Source: Octopus sinensis
Taxonomy: Eukaryota
Direction: 5' to 3'
NCBI RefSeq assembly: GCF_006345805.1
Contig: NC_043011.1
Coordinates: forward strand, 7,936,001-8,000,000
Length of the DNA stretch: 64,000 nucleotides
How positions within the stretch are numbered: the stretch's first letter is position 1; each line of letters starts with the position of its first letter. A program made the position numbers and the translations under genes. Under the pieces are notes generated by a model. That model did no database searches and had not been told where the DNA came from. It saw nothing but the letters and a program-made list of their open reading frames with translations. This document shows, in pieces, positions 38,017 through 51,062 of the stretch.

Positions 38017-38208
38017 CGTCATATAGTCGACTTCACGGCTGGCAAAATCCAGCATTTCGGTTCTCACTCGGGTCATATTAGATTCAGTAAAGTTTGTTCT
38101 TCCACCAACCATTTCCAAATATGGTATTCTGTCCAAAGAATCCAAAAGACCATCCCAACTTGTTTTATTCAGCTTATCCATTTCACTTATAGCACCAGCA
38201 ACCATTAT
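38017..38208 (-). CDS. Orphan gene exon B, copy 1 (IMVAGAISEMDKLNKTSW...EVDYMT, 64 aa)
   Basis: ttgcacag acceptor, ACG|GTAAAT donor, 192 nt, phase 0-0; three N-x-T sequons. Confidence 0.8.
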
Positions 38209-38594
38209 CTGTGCAACCGAAATACATAGATAACTCGATAAACATAGATATACAGTTATACATATACACAATACGCATGCATGTGTGAGTATGTGTCTCT
38301 GTGTGTGAGCGTGTGTGTATATGTGTGTATGTATGTGCGTGTGTGTGTGTGTAACTGAACAAGCTGGAGTCAACAAGGAGAGTGGTCGGACATTTATCTG
38401 CAGTCACTACAGCTGTTTCTAGGCAATGACCAACCACACTTATTCCTATTGACCCCAACTCATTCAATCATCCATTCAAATATTAAAGAAGCCGAAATGC
38501 AAATCTGGAATTATAATACTCCAAGTGGATAGCACAGGGCGAAATCTGAAGGCGGACGATCTATATTCTATACTCTCCCACGTTCTCTTATACG

Positions 38595-38628
<34 letters not shown>

Positions 38629-38992
38629 TACATACTAACATACATACATGCATACATACATACATACATACCTATATACATACTAACATACATACATACG
38701 TTTCATTCATAACAATCAGAATAATTACTTCACCTCAAAAGTGAAGAAATGAAATGAAACAGCATTCGACACATTTACATTTAGATTTACAATCTTTCCG
38801 TAACAAGTTGACTTAGGTCCGTATCAAGGTTAGTTAAATTACTTGAATCCTGCACTCCATTCCTTACTACCGAACATTCAGAAACTACTTCTGACTGAGG
38901 TCTCTGCCGGTTAACTAATAGATATCAATGAAAACCGGAGCGAGGTGCAAACGAATGTAGACATACAATGGTTATATGACAGTTGAACTTAC

Positions 38993-39177
38993 TTTTAAAT
39001 TGTCATCGATCATCTTCAAAGATTCGAATTGGAGTGTCCCGAACGTGGCCGCCAGTTCAAACCTGATGTCAAATTTGTCGCCAAGTTCCGTTTTTTCTGT
39101 AAGTCTTTCAACGACTTGATCCGGGGTGTTCAAGTGAAGAATTTTGTCCACTGCTTCTTCATCATTTATAGTGTGTT
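38993..39177 (-). CDS. Orphan gene exon A, copy 1 (HTINDEEAVDKIL...MIDDNLK)
   Basis: ctaacag acceptor, AAA|GTAAGT donor, 185 nt, phase 1-0; absent from the ORF track because it lacks an ATG. Confidence 0.8.
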
Positions 39178-39239
39178 CTGTTAGTGTTTGAGAGAAATTA
39201 TATAAGATAAAGAGAGAGAAAGAGTAAAAGGCAATGATG

Positions 39240-39560
39240 TGTGTATGCTCCCCAGAAATGCAAAAACAAGCATCGTGTTCGAACTGATCGTTTCCTGGGA
39301 GGACAGGCCCGATATTTCCTACCAGGCCAAATATTGGAAATACTAGGACTCAGTAAACGAAGCCCTTATCAAAGACTGACATGTGACCTCATTCTCCATT
39401 GAAGTTTGGTGCCACGGATTTCCATCAAGATCCGTGCGCTAATTGCTGCAGAAGATAGGTCTGGAATTCAGACAACTGAAGGAAGTCATTAAGGAAGAAG
39501 GCAGGGCAGCTGAAACTAACTCAGGATAGCTGTTGTTGATAAAAGATCGCAAGTGAACCC
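39240..39560 (+). mobile_element. HERO/R2-superfamily restriction-like endonuclease remnant (duplicate 61100-61420)
   Basis: IVFELIVSWED...K.WKY...IEVWCHGF...LLQKIGL is a decayed ELTVPWE...KY...VEVGCRGF RLE motif. Confidence 0.7.
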
Positions 39561-39655
39561 CTTCCGTAGGTGAAGACTTGCTACCCAACTCATGCGTTTA
39601 AGCTAAGGACGAAACACTTGACTTTAAGATACTTGTAGGCGATACTGATGGTTTA

Positions 39656-39789
<134 letters not shown>

Positions 39790-39921
39790 ACTATCTGTGT
39801 GTCTGTATGTCTGTATGTCTGCCTATTTGTCTATGTTTACTTACTATACGTTTTTCGAATTATATATATCTACAAATATGCCATATTTCCCTTTAGTTGT
39901 CTTTTTATTTAATTCTGAACC

Positions 39922-39952
<31 letters not shown>

Positions 39953-40016
39953 TTTGCGTAATAAGATAAAAAAAAAACCAAGGCTATGTAGATATTAGAG
40001 CATTTATAGATAGATG

Positions 40017-40068
40017 GTCTTACAGCTGTTTCTAGGATATTTATTAGTTATATCCCTTCATCGGAGAC
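40017..40068 (-). ncRNA. Minimal type I hammerhead ribozyme candidate (PLE-associated); duplicate 61877-61928
   Basis: GUCU-CCGAUGA-A-GGGAUAU(loop)AUAUCCU-A-GAAA-CAGCUG-UA-AGAC: stem I 4 bp, stem II 7 bp, palindromic stem III, GUA site; U4 replaced by C. Confidence 0.6.
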
Positions 40069-40427
40069 GGTGTGAGAGGATGGTTAATTTATAGTCAGTT
40101 CAGATGTGATACAAAATAGAGAGTGAGGGAAAGAAAATAGATGCAAGATATGTATGGGTATTGAATTTTAAGTCCGTTTTTTAGGCATAATGGTGTATAT
40201 ACAATATTCCAATATCCTATGAGTAAAATCCCAAAAGTCCAACAGAGTTTAAAATGAGTCCTTCCAAAAATAGATTCCCTTATGAGAGAGATCCAGCAGA
40301 ATTTTAACTTGGTCATTCACAGTAGAAAATTTATATACAACATTATATTGAGCATTACCTGACACATTTGGGTCTCAATGACACCATTATCTCTCTTATA
40401 TATATAAATATTATATATATATCTATG

Positions 40428-40464
<37 letters not shown>

Positions 40465-40465
40465 A

Positions 40466-40508
<43 letters not shown>

Positions 40509-40559
40509 ATATATAATATATTATATATATATGTATATATATTCAACCTTGCAAGAAGG

Positions 40560-41640
40560 ATTGCACAATAGTGTCAGAACAAAATACCAGGAACTTTAGA
40601 CTGCAAGAACTCAAAAACACCCTAATTGACAGACATTACCCAGCTCAACTCATAGAGGATGGGATCAGACGTGCAACAGAAATCAACATAGAAACTTTGA
40701 GAAAAGTTCAACACAACAACACACCTTCCACGAAAATACTACCTTACATATCCACATACAACCCCAGAAACAAAGAAGCCTCCACCATCATCACCCAGAA
40801 TTTACCAATACTTCATAAAGACCACAAATTAAAGGAAATTCTAAACATGCACCAAATCATTAAAAGCTACAAACAATCTAAATCACTTAAAAAAATTCTC
40901 ACAAAGGCAAAATTGTTCTCTGAAATTATGGATGCAAAACTAAAAAAGTGTGGTAGACCGAACTGGGCAACATGTCCAAACCTGCTAGAAGGATCAGAAT
41001 TCCTCTTCAAAGTGGGGCAGAAATTCAAGATCAAATCTAATTTTACCTGTGCTTCTGAAAACATAATTTATGTCATAAGATGCTCGGGCTGCCACCAAAA
41101 TTACGTGGGGTCCACGGGACTATCACTCAGACGTAGATGCACACTGCGTCAACAACAGGTTGCATTCCCAGAATACAGAATGATACTCTTTAGGGAGCAC
41201 ATTGAGAAATGCGCAAAGCAACTACTACCACAATTTTTAATCTTTCCATTTTACCAATGTGCTATCGGAACACCAACACAAATTAGATAAAACAAGGAAA
41301 CATTCTTCATTGAAAAATACAAGCCCAAACTTAACCATTCCAACATTCTTATACAGAGAAACTCACCCCCCCAAAAAGGCAAGAAATATTAAGCGATTAT
41401 CTCCCTTACATCGGAAGAAATCACTTATTACCTGCAATTATCTGGAACTATTTCTTTACACTTCTCAACGAAAACATAACGATCTAAGAAATTTGAAAAG
41501 CTGAACGCGAAACCGGTCATTTCTTCAAAAATTATGTCAATGTATGAAAAAAAATTTATAATATTCTTCTGACATAATGACTCAAATATATATTTTTTAA
41601 CCTTTTAAAACAAGACTTCTGTAGTTTTTTTTAATTTTTA
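40560..41640 (+). mobile_element. Penelope-like element 3' part (Neptune-like), ORF 40571-41290 with GIY-YIG endonuclease
   Basis: RLQELKNTLIDRHYP...PYISTYNP...KCGRPNWATC...FTCASENIIYVIRCSGCHQNYVGST; frameshifted C-terminus; absent from duplication copy 2. Confidence 0.85.
41486..41525 (+). ncRNA. Minimal hammerhead ribozyme candidate with U3-A8 covariation
   Basis: AAGAAAU-UUGAAAA-GC(UGAAC)GC-GAAA-CCGG-UC-AUUUCUU: perfect 7-bp stem I, 2-bp stem II, palindromic stem III, GUC site; just 3' of the PLE ORF. Confidence 0.7.
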
Positions 41641-41682
41641 CTATATTTTATATATTCACCACGTGCTTTCAACACCAATTTC

Positions 41683-41715
<33 letters not shown>

Positions 41716-41739
41716 ATGTATGTATATATACACATATTG

Positions 41740-42340
41740 TTAATGAATAGTAGGAGATGGATTTTGTATTAGACATTTATTAGGCACAACATATGTTTCG
41801 AGCCGTCAGTCTGGTCTCTTTATATATATTGATAAAGAAGTCTCACCAGTGAAAAATGCAACTACAACATCTATAATAAGCAACCATCGAATTACGCCAG
41901 CAACAATTCAAACAACAACACTAACACACCCGGAAGTAGTAAAAATAATAAGATAGCAATGATCACGAATATACTGAGTAGAACCAATTCATCCAGTGCT
42001 CGCATGACACAAACACAAAAGACAACCAGTTATATCCATGCAGAGACAGATCCAAATGTCTGTGGACAATCAATGCATGACCAGAAATGTGGTATATAAG
42101 TGCACAGTAAACACTAGAGGAATCTGCTACGTATATATCGGTGTATCGGCCGATATATTCAAAAATCGATACTGTAACCACATTGCCAACTTTCAAAACA
42201 CCATTAAACGGCAGGTAAACACATATTCACATACTGTAATCTAAATCATGTCTATCTAATGCAAATCTAACACCCACGACTCGGATTACTAAAACAGAAT
42301 CGTATCGGAATAAGATGTATTTAGACATGTAACTTTACAA
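41740..42340 (+). mobile_element. Naiad-like PLE fragment (GIY-YIG); duplicate ~63400-64000
   Basis: CRDRSKCPMDNQCMTRNVVYKCTV...YIG..A.I.KNRY.NH..NF (copy 2); inverted hammerhead-like GGCTCGAAACATATGTT at ~41790. Confidence 0.7.
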
Positions 42341-42576
42341 TCCAAATGTGTGTATATATATATATATATATATAGATATATTTATCTGTATGTATGTGTG
42401 TATGTATATGAATTTATATATATATATACATGTCTGTGTGTGTTTCTGTATATGTCAGTCTGTCTTCGTGTATGTGTGAGTATCTGGGTCTACTTACGTA
42501 TCTATATCCATCATTATGTACGTGTGTATGTGGATATATATGTATATATACATGTTTACCTACATATATGAGATTT

Positions 42577-42645
<69 letters not shown>

Positions 42646-42693
42646 ATAACAATGATAAATCTCAGAGCGAGTTATAAACAGTAGCGGTAACAC

Positions 42694-42920
42694 GTGATGC
42701 ATATATGCCATTTGAATATGGCTAACCCAAAAGGGTGGATGCTACTGTAGTTTGTAGCCCCAGGAAGACACCTCCTCCCGCTGGCTATAGACACACTATC
42801 TGACAGGACACAGATAGTGTGTCTATAGCCAGCCGGGAGGGGGTGTCTTCCTGGGGCTACAAACTACAGTAGCATCCACCCTTTTGGGGTTAGCCATATT
42901 CGAATGGCATATTGCATCAC
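42694..42920. repeat. Near-perfect foldback (arms ~109 bp, 8-nt loop)
   Basis: GTGATGCA..ATGCCATT.GAATATGGCTAACC...CTATCTG | ACAGGACA | CAGATAG...GGTTAGCCATATTCGAATGGCAT..TGCATCAC. Confidence 0.95.
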
Positions 42921-42941
42921 ATATATATATATATATATAAT

Positions 42942-42974
<33 letters not shown>

Positions 42975-43420
42975 TATATGTGTGGTGTGGTGTGTGTGTG
43001 TGTGTGTGTATGTGTGTGTGTGTGTGGAGGTGCAATGGCCTAGTGGTTAAGGCAGCGGACTCGCGGTTTCGATTCCCAGACCGGGTGTTGTGAGTGTTTA
43101 TTGAGCGAAAACACCTAAATCTCCACGAGGCTCCGGCGAGGGATGGTGGCGATCCCTGCTGTACTCTTTCGCCTCAACTTTCTCTCACTCTTTCTTCTGT
43201 TGGCCTTCTCGCTTAGCCAGCGGGGTGGCGTCATTTGAAGGCTAAAACAATGCGAATAGCATTGTGACCAGCGATGTGTAGCAACATCTGATAGCCTGGT
43301 CGGTCACGGTGATCACGGTGATATATATATATATGTATATATATATATACGTCCATTATTTATGTGTATGTATGTGTATGTATATGTATGCGCATATATA
43401 TGTGCATAAATATATATATG

Positions 43421-43511
<91 letters not shown>

Positions 43512-43773
43512 GCATGTAGTATATGCACGAACATGAAACTACTTGTCTATGAGCTAATCTTCCTTTCTCCTTCTAATTTCTTTTTCCTCTAAGCAGTTGT
43601 GACAGCGAAAACGAATTAGGTCATTTTATTTAAACTGGAACGCATGATTTCCACGTTCATATTTGAATTATTTGCATTTCTATAATATTATTTTACTTTA
43701 TTCATTCCCGAACTTGATGGGCACGTAACAAGTCAGCCGACACTATAGACCTCTAGTGAGACATATCTTTCTC

Positions 43774-43824
43774 GATGTACATGATGAGAGCCAGACTGAT
43801 GGGTCGAAACATATGTTGTACATA
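43774..43824 (+). ncRNA. Degenerate hammerhead-like motif
   Basis: AUGUAC-AUGAUGA-GAGCC(AGACUGAU)GGGUC-GAAA-CAUAUG-UU-GUACAU; C3 is A here; the relative at 41790 has GGCUC, which would complete stem II. Confidence 0.45.
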
Positions 43825-44202
43825 ATGAAAGTCTAATACGAAATCCATCTTCTACTGTTAATTAATATTATTACTCTAACTGCCACTGCGGAGTTACTGA
43901 AGTAAAACCACCGAAAGTGTACCACGACTACGGATGATAACAGGTAGCCCAATCTCTGCAGTTGCTCTACTCAACATTTAAACACACTTATCGAACAGTT
44001 CTATATTTAAGAGGTGAGGAATTATATACATTATTTACATTATTTACGTTTGACCAATATTTGTCCTCATCTTCTTTGGAGGGTAGTATATCAGCCGAAA
44101 CGTTGTGATAACAACAAACAAGATGAGGACAAATATAAATAATGTACAAATGTAAATAATATAAATAATGTACACAATCGAAGTATACCTATTTGTCCAA
44201 AT

Positions 44203-44243
<41 letters not shown>

Positions 44244-44769
44244 TATACACACACACACACATTATAACATATATAATATATAATATATATATACACATAT
44301 AATATACATATATATCATATATATATATATATAATATATATATATACTATAATATATATATATATTACATGCATATACATATATATATATATATGTATAT
44401 GTGTGGTGTGTGAGCGTATTGAGTAATCCTATAACTAATGCGTTTTTCTATAATGTCATGCGCCGAACACAATGATTAGAAAAAGGAGAAACTCGGCTCC
44501 CCAGTGGAAAGAAGGTCTTTGATCACGTAAGAAGTTGCTATCTCTTTCGTGAGATATAAAAGTTTAGTGCACTTTGACCTTTTAAACCCAAACTAAACAA
44601 TCACAAATGAGATCTACTGCCAGCAGCTTGAACGGCTAAGTCAGCGCTATTTTTCAGTATATAAATATATTTTCGATCATCCATAAATAATTGTTTTTAA
44701 TCTAAAATATATGCTCCTTAATTTCCTGTAATTCTCTTCCTTCTCACCCGGTAGACTTGAAGGCCCCTC

Positions 44770-45822
44770 TTCCAAAATTCACTTGACCCTGACGAAAAAT
44801 ATTCCTTCAGTATTGTTCTGATTTCGTTTATAGGATTCATATATTTTCCATGCAAATGATTTTGAAGACAACGGAATTAAATCAGATGGGCCAATGTCCG
44901 GCGAATATGGTAAATGGAACATCAGTTCCCATTCAAACTGCTCCAACATTTGGAATATCATCCTCGCTCGATGTGACCCGAAGAGCACATTTCGTCTCCA
45001 GCTGTTCTCAGTAGATCTCCTTTGTTATCGTTCAATTTGGGTTTAAAAGTTCAAAGTGGAATAAACCTTTAAAACCTACCAAACAGATAACAACACCTTA
45101 TGTGGTCAAAGACCTCTTTTTGCCTGGGTGCCGATGTTTCTCCTTTCCTTGCCCATAGTATTGGGCGCTTCAAATTTTTATGGAGAACCCATTTCTCATC
45201 ATCAGTCACTAATCAGTCCCCAGAAAGATTATTCATGAGATGTGGCAACAAAGAATAGCACACATTAACTCCATGCACGCGATTAGATTCGGAAAGTTTG
45301 TGAGGAACTCATTGACCCAAATTGCTGACTTTTCCGATGGCACACAGGTGTCGATTAATCGTTGAATGTCCAAATCCAAGCTTCTCAGCTAGTTCGATGG
45401 GATTTTTTCCCACCAGGGTTAGTAGGACGTCCTCGTCGATCTCTACAGATCTTCCAGGACGAGACTCCTCTTCTAGGCTGTAGTTTCTGACTCGGAACTC
45501 CTTGGACCACCGTTGACACTAGCTTACGCTTATTATCCGATCTCCATATACTGCATTAATATTTCTCGCACTTTCCGTTGCGTTGTTGCCTTTATTGAAC
45601 TCATAAAGCAAAATATGCTGAATATGATACTTTGCCACTTCCATTAGAGCTTTGAAATCATAGCTATTAAAATTGAACCTCACTCTTCAAAACTTGCACT
45701 AAGAATAAATGAAGGTAAAATTACCACCTGGTTTTATAGCAAATTCATGCAGGTAGTTTGTCCCGCGCCTTTGACTCTTAGTTCAAGCAATTGAAAAACC
45801 GCAATATTTATGGGATTGCCCA

Positions 45823-45826
<4 letters not shown>
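44770..45826 (-). pseudogene. Mariner (D,D34D) transposon remnant
   Basis: TIR-like TATTGGGCAATCCCATAAATATTGCGG at 45826; ATG 45644 MEVAKYHIQHILLYEFNKGNNATESARNI; DDEKWVLHKN; LPYSPDIGPSD; multiple stops and frameshifts. Inverted fragment at 44570-44660. Confidence 0.9.
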
Positions 45827-45853
<27 letters not shown>

Positions 45854-46617
45854 TGTATGTATGTATGTATGTATGTATGTATGTATGTTGTTTTTTGTGG
45901 TATGTATGTGTATGTGTATGTGTGTATCTGTGTATGTATGTATGTATGTATCTGTATTTATGTATGTGTATGTATGCATATATGTATTTATCTAAATATA
46001 TATATATAAAGACATACCTGGTTTTTGTGTAATTACAACCGAAAACGTGAAGCAAAATATAAGCAGAAGTTGATTCATCCTGGCTTCGAAAAGGAAAACT
46101 GATCTGAAGCCGTCTGTTGGTGGCTCCTTTTAATACTCCTCAGACACCATTTAATCAATTCATGTATTTTCGCCAAGGCCGTGTAGTTTTTGTACTTTTG
46201 TTCTGTTATAAGAAATGATACTTTTAAATAGAGATGAACTGGTTGAACTACGTATAATTTCGGAATTAAAGATTTTATTCTATAAATGCATTAAAATTGT
46301 CGATATCTTTTGTTTGTGGCAACCGTTTTGCCGTAGAAAGCTCTGAGAAGCTTTCTTTACTGTATTTGCTTTGACTAACGACAATGAAGTCTCAATTCAT
46401 ACGACAACAAAACACAGCAACACAGAAAAATAGTCAGGCGTCGTTTAATAGAACAACACTATAGATGCAAATTCTTCAACTGCGTAGTACCTGGAACAGA
46501 TGGAGTACATCAGAAAAAAAAGATAAAGAATCATTCAAAAGGACACTTCACTAAGTGCTCTGATAAACCAGACAGGATTTTTAAAGCGGTCGGTCAACGC
46601 TGTGTGTTACTAGATGT

Positions 46618-46664
46618 TTATCTGGTAGGATCTGATGTCATGTCGATGTCTTGACACTTCTGTG
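46618..46664 (-). CDS. Candidate terminal exon E of the orphan gene ((A)QKCQDIDMTSDPTR*)
   Basis: gtttgtctgttgcag acceptor, phase 1 matches the exon D donor, stop after 14 codons, AATAAA at 46279-46274. Confidence 0.4.
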
Positions 46665-48029
46665 CTGCAACAGACAAACACCTCAGAGATTTCCTGAGAA
46701 GGTTATCCGATAACGTGTGTTTTTTTTTTCTTTTTTTTCTGAAATAGATCATCCTTTATAAGCCTGTAAGAAGGTTTGAAAATCCTCTGAATTCAGATTG
46801 CTAGGTTGTCCCAAATGTAAATTAAATGACAGTTTGTACTTTCTGTATTTTACATCTACAAGGCGACACTAAGAAAGAGGCGAGATGCAAGGTTACTCAC
46901 CTAATATCCATTGGTCAACTGATATAGATATGAGACAGCCATCAGCGAAACCATGGTTTCTTTAACACCCGTAATCGCCCTCTTTGCAAACGACTTCGAG
47001 ACATGTGCCTTTCAGTCAACGCGCTTAGGGTGGGGGTCAAAGCGTTGTCTTGCAAAGTTCTGCATCTCGAGGTAATCATGGTCTTTCTGGGCCTGGATGG
47101 CATGTCGTTTGTCCAGGGCGCAAGCGCTAACGAAATTGGTATCTTTTGGCTAGTGACAGTTTGTTCCTTGACTGGTCGGGACACCCAGACTTTTTAGGTA
47201 TTTAGAAGTATCTTTGGAAAGATCCTGTCCATTAGTATTAGGGGGTCAACTGGAATGGCATTTTACACGCACCATGGGATTCGGTGACATTAATCGATAT
47301 AAATGTAAAGTGTAAAAGTCTCGCAAGCTCGCCTGGGCTTTTTCAACTGTCTAGCAGATATCGACGCGAGTTCTCGAATATGTCTATGTGGAGTGTAATA
47401 AATTGCATCAAATGGGCTGCACCAACGGATAAGGATAACGTAGGGTGTCTAGAATTTTGAGCTGTTGACAGTAAAAAACTACAATTATTTATAATCTGCA
47501 TGGGCAATTTAATAAGACATATTCAAGAACTCAGTTACATCGAAGCTGAGCTTTCCGCATGGAGACTTCACAGAAACCAAATTAGTCAGAGGGAGTTAAC
47601 GTAGAATCTAAAAGATCTACTGACTAAGCAGGAACAGAAAACAATAGATTAACAGGAAAGCTAAGTAGCAGATTAGACAAAGAGGTGAAGAAAGTAATCG
47701 CAGTCCTTGTTCTAAAATGGTACCCGACCATTTATTCTCTATAAAACACGAAGGTTGCTTTGTCCGAGCTGAAACCCGAACTTTAGGTACGAAAGCGCAA
47801 AACACCCTTTGAAGAGATTTCGGTTGAGAAAGGAACTAGGTGGAAACAAAGCTTAATTCTGTCTTTGAAGGAACATGAGTTGCATTTTTATTCGATTACA
47901 GTAGATGAATGAGATTTTTTTATGGCTGTACTGTATTCGACTGTATGGATAAAATGGTTGTTGTTTGTATCGAAGGTATGGTGAAAACTAACCTGAATAA
48001 ATGGTGGTATGCAAAAGTACCACAGCGGC

Positions 48030-50030
48030 AACCGAGATAACCTTTTATGATGTCCTCAAGAAAGTGTATAGTCCTCAAGAGGACGGTGTTACACATATTT
48101 TTTCATCGACGCTGTTGACTGACAAATCTGACATCCTGAAACGATGGAAAGATCACTTTGAACCCGTATTGAATTCCACCTGAATCACTAATGATGGCGT
48201 CATAATGTCTATTCCACAGCACTGTCTCTGGAGCCAACGTTTCTGGAAGTGGTAAACTCTCTATTAAACAGATCCCTTCTGGTAAAGCACCAGGCAGGGA
48301 CAATGTCCCTCCTGAAATCTATAAGCATAGTGAGAGAACATTTTTAAAAATCTGCATGACATCTTCATAAACATTTGGGTGGTAGGCCATGTAGCACAGA
48401 CTTCAAGGATGCCTCAATTCAACCTCTTTATAAGAACAAAGGAAACAGAAGTGTCTGTAATAACCATCGTGGAATATCGCTTCTGTCTATTGCTGGTAAG
48501 ATTCTTGCTTGATCCATTCTTGACAGGATCATCAAACACGTTGTAAATGATATCTATCCAGAATCGACAGTGCGGATTTCGCTCAGGTCGTGGCACTATC
48601 GACATGATCTTTTCCCTTCGTCAGGTCATGAAGTAGGTACGTGAGAAAAACCAAGAGTTGTTCTTGATATTCGTTGACCTTACTAAAGCCTTCGACACTG
48701 TTCACCGGTAAGCATTATGGAAGGTTCTGAAAAAGCTTGGTATACCTCACAAGATGCTGAACGTTATCATATTTCATGAAGGAATGAAGGCCGCTGTCGT
48801 CTCCGCTGGGGAATCTTCGGCTTCCTTTGACATTACAAACGGCACAAAGTAAGGTTGTACTATGGGTCCTGTCTTGTTTGCACTCTTCTTTTCAGTGAAG
48901 CTGAGGAATGGTTTGGCGATATACAAAGTGGTGTCAAATTCCAGTTTTGAACAAGTGGTGGACTATTCAATCATCTGATCTCAAAGCCAGAACATTGCTA
49001 CGAACCATTATCATTTGTGATCTACTTTTGGGGATGCTACTGCACTAGTAGCGACCTCTTTAGAGGAAGCACAGGAATTTCTAGACCGGTTTTCTCTTTC
49101 ATGGAAAGCCATTAGTTTTGCCATCAGCATAAAGAAGACCATGTCCTACTACCAAGCAAATTTGAGGTATCAAGTAGAGGCCACCGCTTCACATTTTCCT
49201 GACATCCTTATACAGCTTGATGGGAGAAGTCTAAATTATGTGAAGTCATTTACATGTCTTGATAATAAAGTGAATTCGAGCGCATCTCTTGATGATGAAA
49301 TCGTCAACCGTCTCGCAAAAGCAATCGACGTATTTGGCAAACTCCATCAACGTCTATCGAATGAAAGGAGCATCAATCTTGACACCAAAGTACAGGTCTA
49401 TAAAGTAGCCATTGTTATTACTCTCTTGTATGGGTCAGAATTATGGCTATCCTACAGACCGCACATTAACCAGCTAGACATCTTCCACAAAGGCTGTCCG
49501 AGGATAATCTGCGGTTATTCACTAAAAGACAAAGTTTCAAAAGCCGCCTTGTTTAGCAAGTGTAAGATTGGTGGAATTGTGAGCTTCTTTATGCAACCAG
49601 AATTGTGCTGGAATGGTCATGTCGTCAGAATGAGTTACTAAAGAATGCCCAAAGTCCTTACGTATAGCCAGCTTGAGAGTGGCTCATATATAAGGACAAG
49701 CTGAAGAGTAACCCATTAGGGAGGAAGATAGCCCACAACACCTTTGAGCAAAGAGTCTAGGAACGAACAAAATGGAGATCGCTGTGTCAAAATGGAATTA
49801 AAAACTTTGTTGCAACCAGCATTAACAGGCTTCGTGGTGCAAGGCAAAGGAGAAAAGCGACTGCAAATATACCACCTACACTGACCAGTAATCCTCATAT
49901 TTGTAACATCTGTGGCCTTCTTTGCAAATCGTTGGCGGGACTTGAATGTCACATTCGACATAAGTATTATGACTGACAAATAAAGAGTACGTTGTCGGAG
50001 CTTGATAGGTCGAGACCGACAGGCAAGTCT
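48030..50030 (+). mobile_element. RTE-BovB-like LINE, 5'-truncated, decayed RT
   Basis: ILKRWKDHF, GKAPGRD, NHRGISLLSIAGKI, QCGFRSGRGTIDMIF, FVDLTKAFDTV and a terminal CNICGLLCKSLAGLECHIRH zinc finger, with stops and frameshifts. Confidence 0.9.
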
Positions 50031-50045
50031 GTCATATATATACAC

Positions 50046-50086
<41 letters not shown>

Positions 50087-50602
50087 AGTGTATATTCTCC
50101 TCTCTCTGTATATATATATATATATATATAACCACACTTTGAGCTTTAGGCACTGGAACAAAAGAAAAGCGACACAATTATCTAATCATATTTGGTCTTA
50201 AGAGATAAAGGTGTCGATTATAACATACAGTGGAAGATTTTGGCCAGATGTAAGCCCTATACTAACGGCAGCGGAGGTGCGGTCTATGCGACATGGAGAG
50301 ATGGCTTATCTGGAAAAGCAGCTTTGACCCTACTACATGTCTAAATACAAGGACAGAGCTTTTCGATCATGCCCACATGTGACTAAATTCTGTTACGTTT
50401 TGGTCCCCTAAAGAAAACAGATAGACCATGCTTTCTATGTTATGTCCCAAGAAGAATTTATATATTTTTATATATTTTTTATGTTTTTTATATAATTTTT
50501 ATGACGAAAAATGCGAGCGATGTATAAGTACGCAGGCAAGCAGTTATAACAGAGTAATTTCCCTTTATTTAACGGTATTTTTTCATAGCGTTTCAAATAG
50601 CC

Positions 50603-50664
50603 AGATAACCGAAGAGATGGTGTGTGGATTTCCACTTCGGCATCTGAAACTCATAGTTTTATCT
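50603..50664 (+). ncRNA. Hammerhead candidate in Naiad pLTR (also 50899-50961 minus, 52378-52440 plus)
   Basis: AGAUAA-CCGAAGA-GAUG(branch with GUGG/CCAC hairpin)CAUC-U-GAAA-CUCAUAG-UU-UUAUCU: 6-bp stem I, GUU site, U4 replaced by C. Confidence 0.6.
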
Positions 50665-51062
50665 TGACTACCGAGTAATGTAACATTTATTGTATAGATA
50701 AATTTCCTCTATTTACATAATATTGAGGTTTCTTTCTTTCTTTTGTTATCTTACCGTTTTATCAAATTATATATATATATAATATATATATATATATTGA
50801 TAAAACGGTAAGATAACAAAAGAAAGAAAGAGACCTCAATATTATGTAAATAGAGGAAATTTATCTATACAATAATATGTTACATTGCTCGGTAGTCAAG
50901 ATAAAACTATGAGTTTCAGATGACGAAGTGGAAATCCACAACACCTTCTCTTCGGTTATCTGGCTATTTGAAAACGCTATGAAAAAATACCGTTAAATAA
51001 AGGGAAATTACTCTGTTATAACTCTGCTTGCCTGCGTACTTATACATCGCTCGCATTTTTCG

